Origin: a virus
Taxonomy: Duplodnaviria; Caudoviricetes
Direction: 5' to 3' (one strand)
IMG/VR virus record: IMGVR_UViG_3300011908_000001
Coordinates: 8,376-72,375 of that record
Length of the DNA: 64,000 bases
The translations under genes and the position numbers were made by a program. Shown here piece after piece: positions 8,318 through 19,040 of this stretch; the stretch's first letter is position 1, and every line of letters starts with the position of its first letter. Under the pieces are notes generated by a model that saw nothing but the letters and a program-made list of their open reading frames with translations, made no database searches and had not been told where the DNA came from.

Positions 8318-9085
8318 GTGAAAAAATCAGTTCTGAAAGATAAGCTTATGTTAATGACTGGTAAAACGGCAGAAGAAATAGAGCCTATGATTACACATAT
8401 ATACGTACAGCTTTTCGGAGTATCCGGTAACGGAGGTAAATTCGGAGAGGCACATATTCCACAGGAGTTTTCAGATTACTTTATGGAGAACTCTCCAGTA
8501 GCACCTAAGCAAAAAGCTATTTATAAACAATTGAAAAGTTATGTAGAGACTTTCAAAAGATTTTACAACCCTCAAGAGGGGGATGCACCTATTAGAAATA
8601 TTTATCTATGGAGTAATGACAAAGGTAATGGGAAGTCAACTACCGCAGCTGTCCTTTTAAATGAGTTCATGATTATGGGATGGAAAGCATCGGTAGCACT
8701 TTCACGCAACTGGGATAAACCACCTGCATTCTTCTTGGATGTAAATGAGTTACAAGCACTTTATAATAAGTTCTCACGTAACGGGATCGCTCCGGAGATT
8801 GCGGAGGAGGCTTCCAGAGAATATTATAGATTGATTGACAAAGCTACTCAAGCACCATTAGTAGTGTTCGATGACATCGGTGTTCGTTCGGCTACAGAAG
8901 CTTTCCGTGGGGATATCCACACAATTATTAACAAACGTTTGGTAGACGGTCTTACAAGCATTTATACCTCCAACTTCCCATTGAAGTATATGGAAGAATT
9001 GTTTGATGAGCGTATTTACGACCGCATTCGTGCAAACTGTTTTGAAATTAACTTTAAAGGTCAAAGTATGAGAGGTGTGAAATAG
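8318..9085 (+). CDS. dnaC: DnaC/IstB-like helicase loader ATPase
   Basis: Walker A KGNGKST, VVFDDIG, TSNF, ERIYDRI. Confidence 0.85.
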   Translation: MKKSVLKDKLMLMTGKTAEEIEPMITHIYVQLFGVSGNGGKFGEAHIPQEFSDYFMENSPVAPKQKAIYKQLKSYVETFKRFYNPQEGDAPIRNIYLWSNDKGNGKSTTAAVLLNEFMIMGWKASVALSRNWDKPPAFFLDVNELQALYNKFSRNGIAPEIAEEASREYYRLIDKATQAPLVVFDDIGVRSATEAFRGDIHTIINKRLVDGLTSIYTSNFPLKYMEELFDERIYDRIRANCFEINFKGQSMRGVK

Positions 9086-9087
9086 TT

Positions 9088-10461
9088 ATGAGTAAAGCTA
9101 CTATCACTGGCGAGTTATTCTTGTCAAAAGTAATTAACGATAATGATGTCACAGCTCTTAATAGACACGGTATAACACGTGACCATTTTCAAACGTCTAC
9201 TGAGCAAAAGGCATATGATTTTATTATGGGATACGCCCGTTCTAACGAGGGTAATGCACCAAGTTTCCAATCCCTTTTAGCGCAGGTTCCAGACTTCGCT
9301 TATCAAGCTTCAACAGAGGATTCTTTCAAGTGGCTTGGAGAGAATATCAAGAAAGCTAAATTAAACTTGGCTTTCACGAGCTTCTTTAATGGGGAAGATT
9401 TCAACAAGCTTTGGGCATCCTCTATCAAGGAGAACAACCCTCAAGGATTTGCTGACGATGTCATCGCTGCTATCACAGGCATTAAGAACGACAATAGAAT
9501 CAGCGGTAAAACAGGTCATCTTTTAACGGATGCTCCAGAGTGGTATGCACCAGAGTACTACGACCGTAAAGAAGGCAACATCATTAAGTTTTGGAACAGC
9601 CACTTCAAAGGGTTAGATGAACTTTTAGGGGGCGGTTACCAAGGCGGTAATATGTACACATGGTTTGCTCGAAGTGGACGTGGTAAATCTATCGTAACCA
9701 TGGTAGAAGCCTTGTCAGCGGCTATGCAAGGGGCTAACGTCCTTATGTGGGTATTGGAAATGCCTAAGTATGAGTGGGCTTCACGTGCCTTTGCATTCCT
9801 TTCTGCACAGGATGAGGTTAAACGCTCTGTCATTGACGGTGTTGACTACTTAGGAGGCTATAATGTACAAGAGCTTACCAAGGGTCAGTTAGACTACCAC
9901 GAAGAACAAGACTTCATGAAGTTTATTCAATCACTGAATGATCGCATCGCAGGGTCAGTTACAATTAAAGCGGTAGATGATGAAGACTTTGTTAAGCGTG
10001 ACGTAAGACAGTTGGAACGGGACATTGTAGAGACTGATGCAAACGTAGTAATCGTTGACCCATTCTACTACATGAGCTACTCTAAGAACACCTCTCAAAC
10101 AGCCGGTGGAGATGCCGCTAACACCTCTAAAGAGTTACGGGGACTTGCAGGTCGTACAAAGGTGGTATTACATGTTATTACACAGGCTGATGAAGACAGT
10201 ACTGAGAAACAGGGTAATGAACGTGAGTTGAAATTGCCATCCCGAAGTGAAGTTAAGAAGACTAAGCAAGTGTTAGAAGATGCTTCTTACCTTTTAGCTT
10301 TTGATAGTTGTGACGGGCGCTTTGCACTAGGTGTTAAGAAAGGTCGTTCAGGTGGTGAAGGAGAAGAGTTGTCCGGCATTTTCCTACCATCTATTGGCTA
10401 CGTTAAAGAGTCAAATGATGCTATGGTTAAAGACCTATTCAACGGAGATATCGAATTTTAG
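9088..10461 (+). CDS. dnaB: replicative DNA helicase
   Basis: ARSGRGKS Walker A, VVIVDPFYYM, VITQADE. Confidence 0.88.
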   Translation: MSKATITGELFLSKVINDNDVTALNRHGITRDHFQTSTEQKAYDFIMGYARSNEGNAPSFQSLLAQVPDFAYQASTEDSFKWLGENIKKAKLNLAFTSFFNGEDFNKLWASSIKENNPQGFADDVIAAITGIKNDNRISGKTGHLLTDAPEWYAPEYYDRKEGNIIKFWNSHFKGLDELLGGGYQGGNMYTWFARSGRGKSIVTMVEALSAAMQGANVLMWVLEMPKYEWASRAFAFLSAQDEVKRSVIDGVDYLGGYNVQELTKGQLDYHEEQDFMKFIQSLNDRIAGSVTIKAVDDEDFVKRDVRQLERDIVETDANVVIVDPFYYMSYSKNTSQTAGGDAANTSKELRGLAGRTKVVLHVITQADEDSTEKQGNERELKLPSRSEVKKTKQVLEDASYLLAFDSCDGRFALGVKKGRSGGEGEELSGIFLPSIGYVKESNDAMVKDLFNGDIEF

Positions 10462-10473
10462 GAGGAGATTGTA

Positions 10474-11435
10474 TTGATGAATTTTAAAGTAGGAGATAAG
10501 GTTGTGCGAAAGTCTGGTAGCCCTTGCGAGTACTTCGGTAAAAATAGCTACTATGCAGTAACGGCAGTAGCCCCAGAAGAGGACAGGATTGAGGTACGTG
10601 ATGATGATGGCGACACCCTTTTCTGGGAGTCTTACAATTTCGAGTTGTATAAGCCAGAAGAAAAAGAACCTGTCATTGAAATCAGTCATTTAATAGAAGT
10701 CATAGAGTCATTGTTTGATTTATACCAGAGCAAAGAGAAGACTCTTGACTGCCTCGGAACATACATTGCAGGGTATGAGCGAGGATATAATAAATAATAG
10801 GTAGAAAGCCCTTGACAAGTTCAGGGGTTTTTTGGTATACTATGTTTATCAACTAAGAGACATGAAAGAGGGATTATATAATGGCTAAAGAAAAAGCACC
10901 CGTATTTAAGAAGATTGCCCAGTACAAAAAAATCGTGGCGAATGTCAACCCGTTTATTGCCATCGGAGACCTAATCGAAGACCATAATTGGGAGTATCAA
11001 ATGGACAGAGTAACTAAGGATATTATCAAAGTTCCTACACGTAAAACTTACCTTATGTGTGAGGGGTGTGCCTCTTGCCGAGAGATTACTAAACAGGGTA
11101 AATTAATTACAGATTGGAAAGTGGCTCAAATAGTTACTAAGCCCCTTGAAGAGTGGTCTAAAAAAGAAGTGTTGAGTCTAGTTTCCAAGCGGTACTCTAT
11201 CAGGGAGTTGGCTAAAGTTTCAGGGGTTAAGACAGCTAAGGCTTTTATTAGCACTGTTAAACCATTATTCAACGATGATAAAGGGATTCGCTCATTGCTT
11301 TTCTACAATATTCCATACAGCGTGATTAAGCTGTTAACCGGTATTTCTCCAGAGGAATACGAAACTTATAAAAAGGAGTATGACGAAGAGTTCGAAGAGC
11401 TACCATTAGATTTCACAGAAAAGGTTGGGGTATAA
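10474..11435 (+). CDS. two hypothetical proteins (10474-10797, 10881-11435)
   Basis: ORFs with RBS; the second has its own promoter and a CEGCASC motif. Confidence 0.7.
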
Positions 11436-12999
11436 TATGTTAAACGTTAACTTATCACTAGGGGAAGACTCAGAGAAAGATGCTCATGAAGCCATTAAAA
11501 AGGCTAATAAGGCAAAGGAAATACCAACACTTGAACAGTCATGGGAACTTATCTTTAGTAGAAAGAACTCTAAGCCTGACTTGAAGCGCCTTGAAATTGT
11601 CAAAGGTCTTATGGAAGAAGGTAAGCTAGGTCGTGAAGAAGATAAGCTACACAAAGCTTTCTCAAAGGCTGAGGCACTACGCCTCTACAAACGCTATCAA
11701 GAAACCATGCGAGACCAACGCCTTCAAGAAATCATGGTGAAGGATAACGAGTTCTTTCCCTTGGTAACAGAGCCAGCTAAAATCACGAAGCTTGTTCATG
11801 GAATTTTAAGAGCTGACGGAATGCCTTTGTTAGAGGCAGAACATATGGTGTCTGTCGATACAGAGACGGTTGGTGAAGCTGGGGGTGTGGACAAATATCA
11901 GGAGCGTATCGCAGGATGGTCACTAACCTATAAGATAGGTGATGAATACTTTAATGGATACATTCCTATCGAGCATTATAAAGAGGTTTCAGAAGGCGTA
12001 TGGGAGCCTGATGAACGAAACGTCCAATATGACATTGCAATGAACGCCTTGTTGTATATTTTCCGTAGCGGTGTTGACACAGTATGGCATAACGCCACGT
12101 TTGACTTAGGCTTAATTTACACCTTAACCAAGGAAGAACCTGTAGGTAACGTCCACGATACGATGATTATCATGCACCTTTTACAAGAGGATCGTACAGA
12201 GGCTGGTAAGAACTACCGTTTGAAAGACCTTGCCACGGAGTTCCTTGGAATCGAGTCCCAGACTTTTGAAGAAATGTTTGGTAAGAATGCCAAGTTCTCA
12301 CAGGTTCCTTTAGATGCTGCCAGATGGTACGGTGCCAAGGATACTTGGGTAGGCTACAAGTTACTGGAATGGCAAGTCAAGATACTTTCTAAACCACAGT
12401 TTGCAAAGATTCTAAGAGCATATAACCATATTGAGATGCCTTGTATCAGAGAAACTTTCCATACAGAGCGTACAGGATTCAGTATGAATATGACAGAAGT
12501 AGAAGCTCAGAAGAAGGAATGTGAAGAACGTATTGAAGAGTTGAAAGCAAGCCTCTCAGCGAGATTTGGGGAAGTAAACTTTGGGTCACCTGCTCAACTA
12601 CAACGTATGTTGTACTTTGACAACGACTGGAGCCAATATGTGAATAAAGATCATAAGAGTATTTTAGATGGTCATATTAAGTTTGATGAAAATGGCGTAA
12701 GTAACAATGGTAAATTTGCCATGACTAAGTCTGGATCGATCATTTTAGACCCTAAAGTAGATAAAGGTTCGACAGTAATCTCTAAGACAGGTGCTAAACT
12801 TCCTGCCGATTCAGATGCTTTGAAATCCATTGCCAAACACGCTCCAGAGGTTAAGGACTTGCTTGAGTTGAAAGATTTAACAAAGCATTTAACTTCCTTT
12901 GTAGAGAAGATTCCAAAGATGATTTCACCTGATGGAAGACTTCACGGAGACTTCAAACAGAGTAGTACCGTGACCTTGCGATATACTGCAAGCAACCCT
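11425..12999 (+). CDS. polA: family A DNA polymerase, exon 1 (3'-5' exonuclease and start of polymerase domain)
   Basis: VDTET ExoI, HNATFD ExoII, YGAKD ExoIII; ends ...TLRYTASNP at the predicted 5' splice site. Confidence 0.9.
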
Positions 13000-14087
13000 A
13001 AACTAAATTGGGGTTGTAAAACTGTGTGAACTGCGGGGAAACATTTAACTTAATAGGTACCAACTCCACTCCGGAAACGGGTAGAGGGCTTAGCTAACTA
13101 CTAAGGTAGGGTAAAAAGCCTATTAAGGTGCAATCCGCAACCAAGGTGCTAAAGCGATTAGCCATGCACAAGGTTCAGAGACTAAATCAGACTACACCTT
13201 TGTCGAGAGGACATAGGGAAGATAAGCAGAGTAAAATTTGTGAAGTCTGAAAGAGAGCTAATAAGGAGCTCGTAGCGCACAGGTCTTAGGGTAACGCCTA
13301 AGATGTGATATAGTCCTTTAGATACCACGCCAAAATAAACCTTAAAGGAGCTATTGATGGAACACTGGAAAGAGCATCATTTGAACTCTACTTATGAGGT
13401 CAGCGATTTAGGAAGGTTGAGAAATAAAGATACCGGAAGGATACTTAAAACAGAGGTAATAAATTCTGGATACGAGCGGGTGACCCTCCCTAAAGTACCT
13501 AGAGGAGGAGACGAATTGGTACACCGAATAGTTGCCATCGCTTTTTGCGAGGGTTATCAGGAGGGTTTGCAGGTAGACCACATAGACGGTCAGAAGCTCA
13601 ATAACAAAGCTTCGAACTTGCGATGGGTAAGTGTCTCTCAGAATATTAGGTATAACATTGATAGAGGTACTTTCAATTCTCATACGGCAAGGGAAGCACT
13701 TTTAAGTCTCCAGAAGAAATCAGTAAAGCAGTATGACAGATTTACAGGAGATTTTATCAGGGAGTACGAATCGCTCAACCAAGCATCCAAGACGGTAGGT
13801 ATCACTGCAACAGCTATTCATAAAGCCTTAAAAAGAGATAGCAAGTCTACTAAGTTATATAGGTGGGAATGGAGTAATCCAAATAGCGAACATACTCAGC
13901 GAGCCTGTAGAATAAAAGTAGTAGACTTTGAAGGGACACCTCATATATTCCCCAGTGTTAGGAAGGCTTCTGATTTCATAGGAGTAGATAATTCAACACT
14001 TCATAACCAACTCAAGAAAGGCGATACAATAAGTTATAGGGGATACGATATTACTAAGATATAAACCATTGGCGTGGTAGTCTAAAA
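13000..14087 (+). mobile_element. group I intron (IA2-like) carrying a homing endonuclease in P9
   Basis: P1 CAACCCT/GGGGTTG with U.G at the splice site; P10 TAAATT/AATTTA; P3 CTGTGTG/CGCACAG; P4 TGCGG/CCGCA; P7 GAGACTA/TAGTCC; P8 TCTTAGG/CCTAAGA; P9 TACCACGCCAA/TTGGCGTGGTA; splicing restores SNP-NLQQQP. Confidence 0.92.
13354..14064 (+). CDS. intron-encoded NUMOD4-HNH endonuclease
   Basis: YEVSDLGRLR, LVHRIVAIAF, VDHIDGQKLNNKASNLRW, C-terminal NUMOD1-like repeats. Confidence 0.9.
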   Translation: MMEHWKEHHLNSTYEVSDLGRLRNKDTGRILKTEVINSGYERVTLPKVPRGGDELVHRIVAIAFCEGYQEGLQVDHIDGQKLNNKASNLRWVSVSQNIRYNIDRGTFNSHTAREALLSLQKKSVKQYDRFTGDFIREYESLNQASKTVGITATAIHKALKRDSKSTKLYRWEWSNPNSEHTQRACRIKVVDFEGTPHIFPSVRKASDFIGVDNSTLHNQLKKGDTISYRGYDITKI

Positions 14088-15116
14088 AATTTACAACAAC
14101 AGCCTTATAAAGCACGTATGATGTTCGAGGCACCAGAAGGACAACTTATCCTAAGTGCCGATTTTAGTCAGCAAGAACCCCGATTAGCCGCTCACATGAG
14201 CAATTGTAAAGGGCTTATTGAATTGTATCAGAACGAGCGTGACTTGTACTCTGAGACAGCCGCTTCAATCTTTGACAAACCTTTAGAGGAGTGTGGGGAT
14301 GGCTCCATTTACCGTAAGCAGACAAAAGTTGTGGTACTTGCCGTTTTATATGGTATGTCTCACTTCACGTTAGCGGGCATTCTTGGCATTTCGAATGATG
14401 AAGGTAAAGAGTTGATTGACAACTTCTATAAGACTTACCCAGAACTTCATAAGTGGATTCAGAACAATGAGAAAGAAGTTGCTAAGCAGAAGTATGTGGA
14501 GACTCCTTGGGGCACTCGTAGACGTTTCACACGGACTAACTTCAACCTTCCGAAAAAACCTTGGGGAGCGATGACTGAACAAGACCGCAAAGATAGAAGC
14601 GCCGTTAACCGAGCTTTACGTCAAGCTACTAACGCTAAGGTGCAGGGTTCTGCATCTATGCAGACTAAACAAGTTATGGTAGCAGCAGGGAAGCTTCTAG
14701 CAAAGCTTAATAAAGCACGTGGTGCAGAAGTGTTCCAATTCCTCGGGCAAATTCATGATGAGGTCTTGTACCTTGTTCCAGAGGATGCCAAGAAGGATGA
14801 GATCGAAGCCATTAGAGACGTGATGATTAACACTGTCACACTTGTTGTCCCTTCTAAAACTGACATGGCTTTAGGAAAGTGTTGGGGAACTCTTCAAGAG
14901 GTGGATTACATTGACCAAGAAACTTACATGGTGGGAAGTGTTAAAGCCAATATGAAGACAGATTTAACAGAGGGTGTCGGGGAGGTTGTTAGTTGGAAGA
15001 AACCTTCTTATAAACCCTTAGGAGAAGTATTTGTAGATGGTGTGGCTACAGGAGTAACAATGTCTGAAAGAGAGTGGTCAGAGGCTACTACAAAATTCTT
15101 TGATAAGAAGAAATAA
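14088..15116 (+). CDS. polA: family A DNA polymerase, exon 2
   Basis: ADFSQQEPR motif A, RKQTKVVVLAVLYG motif B, QIHDEV motif C. Confidence 0.92.
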   Translation, partial: NLQQQPYKARMMFEAPEGQLILSADFSQQEPRLAAHMSNCKGLIELYQNERDLYSETAASIFDKPLEECGDGSIYRKQTKVVVLAVLYGMSHFTLAGILGISNDEGKELIDNFYKTYPELHKWIQNNEKEVAKQKYVETPWGTRRRFTRTNFNLPKKPWGAMTEQDRKDRSAVNRALRQATNAKVQGSASMQTKQVMVAAGKLLAKLNKARGAEVFQFLGQIHDEVLYLVPEDAKKDEIEAIRDVMINTVTLVVPSKTDMALGKCWGTLQEVDYIDQETYMVGSVKANMKTDLTEGVGEVVSWKKPSYKPLGEVFVDGVATGVTMSEREWSEATTKFFDKKK

Positions 15117-15185
15117 AAAAGGGGTTGACAAAAACCCCTTCCCATGGTATTATAATAAAGTAGTAAACAACAAGGAGGATTTCAC

Positions 15186-15452
15186 ATGGATCGTGAAGAG
15201 TTAGAAGAGCTTATTGAAGAGTTGCAAGGTGAAATTGAGACCGCTCAAAATGATTTAGAAACGGCGGAAGTGGCTGTCGATGATGCCCATGATGCTATGG
15301 TAGAGGCAGAAACAGACCTAGCCGAAGCCGAAGACGAGTTTGAAGATTTATCCATCTTATTAGCTGATTTGGAAGAACAGTTAGCAGATGCCGAAGGCGA
15401 ACTGGAAGACCTCGAAGACGAGGAAGACGAGGAAGACGAGGAAGATGAGTAG
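15186..15452 (+). CDS. extremely acidic helical protein (candidate DNA mimic)
   Basis: 44 of 88 residues are D/E, one R, no K; own promoter TTGACA(15125)-17-TATTAT. Confidence 0.7.
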   Translation: MDREELEELIEELQGEIETAQNDLETAEVAVDDAHDAMVEAETDLAEAEDEFEDLSILLADLEEQLADAEGELEDLEDEEDEEDEEDE

Positions 15453-15494
15453 GACTAATAACTTTTTACCATAAAACTTTAGGAGGAATTAAAT

Positions 15495-16025
15495 ATGGCA
15501 GTAAAGAAATCAGAATTGAAAGAGTTAGTACAATCAGTGTGGAACGAAAAGGTACGTGCACTTCGTAAGGAACGTGGGGAAAAAGAGCGTGCCCACAAGT
15601 TAGAAGCATTGACTCCTTATAAAGAGATGTTAGAAGACTACTTTGAAAAATCCCAAGCTAAGACGGAAGCCTACAACAAGATTTTAGATGCCTTCGAAGA
15701 AGCTGGTCTACGAAACTACCATTTCAACTACCGTAAAAGTGGTGAGTTCAACGGTACATTGGAGTCTAAACTAGAGTATATTGCTAATGACTTTTATAGT
15801 GGTACAGTGAAGGGTACCGAAGCTGTCATCAAGCCTTACGACGACAAACTTCGAGAAATCAACGCCTCTTATGGCGGTGTAATGACCAACCTTAAAAACC
15901 TATCTCCTAAGAAAGGATTTGAATACTTATTACAATTGGGATTTGACTTGACAGCACTCTCTAGTAACGAATCATCCGTGCCTATGATTGTAGTTGACCC
16001 AGAGTCCCTTGATTTGCCTAAATAA
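15495..16025 (+). CDS. hypothetical protein
   Basis: ORF with AGGAGG RBS. Confidence 0.7.
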   Translation: MAVKKSELKELVQSVWNEKVRALRKERGEKERAHKLEALTPYKEMLEDYFEKSQAKTEAYNKILDAFEEAGLRNYHFNYRKSGEFNGTLESKLEYIANDFYSGTVKGTEAVIKPYDDKLREINASYGGVMTNLKNLSPKKGFEYLLQLGFDLTALSSNESSVPMIVVDPESLDLPK

Positions 16026-16061
16026 TCAGGGGTAATAAGTCTTCAAGAATGCCTCTAATGC

Positions 16062-16090
16062 TTGACATTAGGGGCTTTTTATGGTATAAT
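16062..16090 (+). promoter_or_regulatory. perfect sigmaA promoter overlapping a terminator hairpin
   Basis: TTGACA-17-TATAAT with TG; -35 lies within GCCTCTAATG/CATTAGGGGC plus T-run. Confidence 0.85.
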
Positions 16091-16121
16091 TGGAGAGTAA
16101 ATATTAGGAGGTAATTATGAA

Positions 16122-16463
16122 TTGATTGAACAGTGGAGATTTTTATATTACCAAGGTGTTTTATCAGACACCTACGAGGTAAGCTCTTTTGGTAACATAC
16201 GAAACGCTAAAACGAAGAAACTTCTAAAGCCTCAGTACACAGGGTATGCCCACGTCAGAATCAAGCATGACGGAAAAGTACAAAACATTAGGATTCACCG
16301 AGCAGTTGCCTCAACTTTCCTCAGAAAGCTTGACCATGAGAACAGCGTTAACCACAAGAACGGAGATAAAACCGACAACCGTGTTTGCAACCTTGAGTGG
16401 ATTTCTCAGGCAATGAACGTGCGTAATTCACTACTTATGAGGGGGCTATTGAATGAAGAGTAA
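16122..16463 (+). CDS. free-standing NUMOD4-HNH endonuclease
   Basis: YEVSSFGNIRN, IHRAVASTF, VNHKNGDKTDNRVCNLEW. Confidence 0.88.
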   Translation: MIEQWRFLYYQGVLSDTYEVSSFGNIRNAKTKKLLKPQYTGYAHVRIKHDGKVQNIRIHRAVASTFLRKLDHENSVNHKNGDKTDNRVCNLEWISQAMNVRNSLLMRGLLNEE

Positions 16464-17502
16464 GAAAGGTTTGAAGGCTATTTCCGCAGAGACGGGAGAG
16501 ACCTACGTAGTTACGCTAGAAGATCGTATGGCACAGATTTTCATGGAACAGTTTGACAAGTTTTGTGAGAAAGGTTTAGACACTGATGAAGACCTCACCA
16601 GATGGCTTTATAATCAGTACTTAGACGTTCTAGGAATCAACCCTTTAAAAGATGTGCAAGAAGAAATGGTATTCTTTAGAAGCTCTTCTACTGGGTCATG
16701 CTTACGTGAACAGACGATGAAGGTAATTGACTTCATGGAGGGCACTAAGAAGTACGACAAGAAAGGTGACAAGCAGCCTCACCAAACTCGATGGACTGCC
16801 CTTGGAACGGCTGGTGGAGACGTGATGCAATTCTTTGTACTACTAATGGAAAAGCACTACGAACGACTTATCGGAGAGCCCTTCGCATTCCGCTTTGAAA
16901 GAGATGAAGTTGGACACCCTATGTTCGAGCAGTTCACCACCACTTACAAGTATTTCAAGAGTGGTAACATGAAGTGGGCAACGGGCGGTTCCGTAGATGG
17001 TCTCATGATTTTCACAGACCCTGATACAGGCAAGGAACACCGTGTGGGGCTTGAGATTAAATCCAAGCAAACCTCATCTGCAAGAACTTCTCTATACTCC
17101 ATGAAAGAGCCTGACAAGAAGCACGTGTGGCAAGTTAAGAACTACGCCATGCTACATGACTTAGAAAGTTACTTAGTAGTTTATCTAAACTTTTCTCATA
17201 AGACTTGGGAGTATACCTCAGAGGATTATGCTAAGACACCTGACGTACGAGTATTTGGCATTCATATTTCAGAGGCAGATAAGAAAGATGTAAGAGACAG
17301 GTTCTGGACGGCGGTTGAACACGCCCACGCAGGGACTTATCCTGAACTCGATTTATCCGCTTGGACATTCAATGATTACAAGACAGCCTGTGCCAGAAGC
17401 CTTACTCTCAAGGAGTTAGACCGGCTGGATAAGATTGCCACAGGTAAGTTCCAAGAACAGGCGCTACAACAAATTTATGATATACGGGAGGCTTTCAAAT
17501 AA
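16453..17502 (+). CDS. PD-(D/E)XK exonuclease
   Basis: GGSVDGL...GLEIKSK...WQVKNY motif order. Confidence 0.7.
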   Translation: MKSKKGLKAISAETGETYVVTLEDRMAQIFMEQFDKFCEKGLDTDEDLTRWLYNQYLDVLGINPLKDVQEEMVFFRSSSTGSCLREQTMKVIDFMEGTKKYDKKGDKQPHQTRWTALGTAGGDVMQFFVLLMEKHYERLIGEPFAFRFERDEVGHPMFEQFTTTYKYFKSGNMKWATGGSVDGLMIFTDPDTGKEHRVGLEIKSKQTSSARTSLYSMKEPDKKHVWQVKNYAMLHDLESYLVVYLNFSHKTWEYTSEDYAKTPDVRVFGIHISEADKKDVRDRFWTAVEHAHAGTYPELDLSAWTFNDYKTACARSLTLKELDRLDKIATGKFQEQALQQIYDIREAFK

Positions 17503-17924
17503 TGGAAAATTTATACTACCGTACACTGGTATTACACACCATTAAGAACGAATATGCTAGTGAGTGGACATTATATTTAGAGGATACTTTAGAGGGTTAT
17601 GAAGACCTCGCTAACGAGATTGTAGCTTCTATGCACGGCGAAGGAGAAATTGGTAAAGTGGTTTCACTATTTGATCTTACAGGAAGCTTAAAATACATTG
17701 ATGCCTCTCTCATCACCGACTTTACATTCTCGTCTAACTACTCTAAAGAACTCATGGAGGACATGGTTGCTGAGGCGTTAGGAGAGGATTACCACGAGAT
17801 TGATACAGCAGACGACTTTTACGTAGATACCTCATGTGATTGTGAGTATTGTGATGGTTACCCCGACCCTGATTATGACTTAGATTATGACGAAGACGAA
17901 GAAGAGGATGAAGACGAATGGTAA
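17502..17924 (+). CDS. acidic hypothetical protein
   Basis: C-terminal CDCEYC and D/E tail. Confidence 0.7.
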   Translation: MENLYYRTLVLHTIKNEYASEWTLYLEDTLEGYEDLANEIVASMHGEGEIGKVVSLFDLTGSLKYIDASLITDFTFSSNYSKELMEDMVAEALGEDYHEIDTADDFYVDTSCDCEYCDGYPDPDYDLDYDEDEEEDEDEW

Positions 17925-18484
17925 GATATATTGGACTTGATGTAAGCTCTGTTGCTACAGGGGTGGCAATTGTTGACCGAGCACCTGACGGCTCCTTAAC
18001 CCTAGTAGCCCATGACGTTATCACCACTTCCTCTAAACAGGAAATAGGGAAGCGTTTGATCCTATTCGCAGAAACCCTTCAAGGATTCTTTGATGACTAC
18101 CAACCTGACTATGTTATCCGTGAGGAGACGATTAATAATCGTGCCTCTAACGCCATCTTATTTAAGTTCTTAGGAGTGGCTCAATTCTTAGCGGCTAACA
18201 ATGGTCACCAAAAGACTTATGAATACTTCCCAACAACCATTAAGAAAGAAGTAACAGGCGCAGGAAGAGCTTCAAAAGAAACGGTAGCTGAATGTTCTCA
18301 GAAGTATTTCAGAGAAGACCTTTCAACTCTCACTGATGATGAGACGGATGCTATCGCCTCTATACTAACTCACCTCTCAAAGACTTCACTGATAACTACT
18401 GTAGAGGATTTTGATAAACAATTGGAACATGAGAAGGAACAAGAACAATTAGTAGAGGGGTATGAGAATGGGACTGTCAAATAG
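17918..18484 (+). CDS. ruvC: RuvC-like Holliday junction resolvase
   Basis: YIGLDVSSVATG, VIREE, DDETDAIA. Confidence 0.85.
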   Translation: MVRYIGLDVSSVATGVAIVDRAPDGSLTLVAHDVITTSSKQEIGKRLILFAETLQGFFDDYQPDYVIREETINNRASNAILFKFLGVAQFLAANNGHQKTYEYFPTTIKKEVTGAGRASKETVAECSQKYFREDLSTLTDDETDAIASILTHLSKTSLITTVEDFDKQLEHEKEQEQLVEGYENGTVK

Positions 18485-19040
18485 AAAACAGATTAAAGTA
18501 GCCTTTGCAGGTAAGAGTAGAGCTGGTAAAGACACCTTAGCTCACGAGTTATCAAAGGCATATCGGGCGGAAGGTAAGGGCGTAGTAACTTACGCCTTTG
18601 CCGAGGGTATTAAAGAGGTCTATAAGAAATATTTTAGTCACATTGCAGATACCGAGAAACCTCGTGATGCTTACATTAAAATTGGAGAAGCTTTCAGAGA
18701 AATTGATCCTAGGGTGTGGGTACTCAACCTTAAAGAGAAAGTTGATAGAAGTTATCAGTGGGACGTTGTAATCGTCACTGACCTCCGACGGGAAGTGGAG
18801 CTAGACTACCTCCGAAAAGAAGGCTTTAGCATCGTAATGTTAGGTGCAGATGATGAGGTTAGAGTTGCTCGTGCAGAGGCTCTAGGAGAGAAACTAGACC
18901 TTAACAACGAAGGCGATGAAGAGGTTGACCTTATTGACTATGACATGTATGTGGACAGTACCAACACCTTTACACCTCTGGACATTCAGAAGGTTAAAGA
19001 AGCCCTCGACAAAAAAATTGTTGAACGGGCGGTGAATTGA
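18462..19040 (+). CDS. deoxynucleoside monophosphate kinase
   Basis: AFAGKSRAGKDT P-loop, IVTDLR. Confidence 0.8.
   Translation: MRMGLSNRKQIKVAFAGKSRAGKDTLAHELSKAYRAEGKGVVTYAFAEGIKEVYKKYFSHIADTEKPRDAYIKIGEAFREIDPRVWVLNLKEKVDRSYQWDVVIVTDLRREVELDYLRKEGFSIVMLGADDEVRVARAEALGEKLDLNNEGDEEVDLIDYDMYVDSTNTFTPLDIQKVKEALDKKIVERAVN

Noticed and set aside
13000-13029. PolA N-terminal ORF ending KLNWGCKTV as a real C-terminus
   Set aside because: These codons are the intron 5' end (P1/P10 guide), not protein.
16453-17502. Cas4
   Set aside because: PD-(D/E)XK motifs are present but not the C-terminal three-Cys cluster; treated as a recombination exonuclease.
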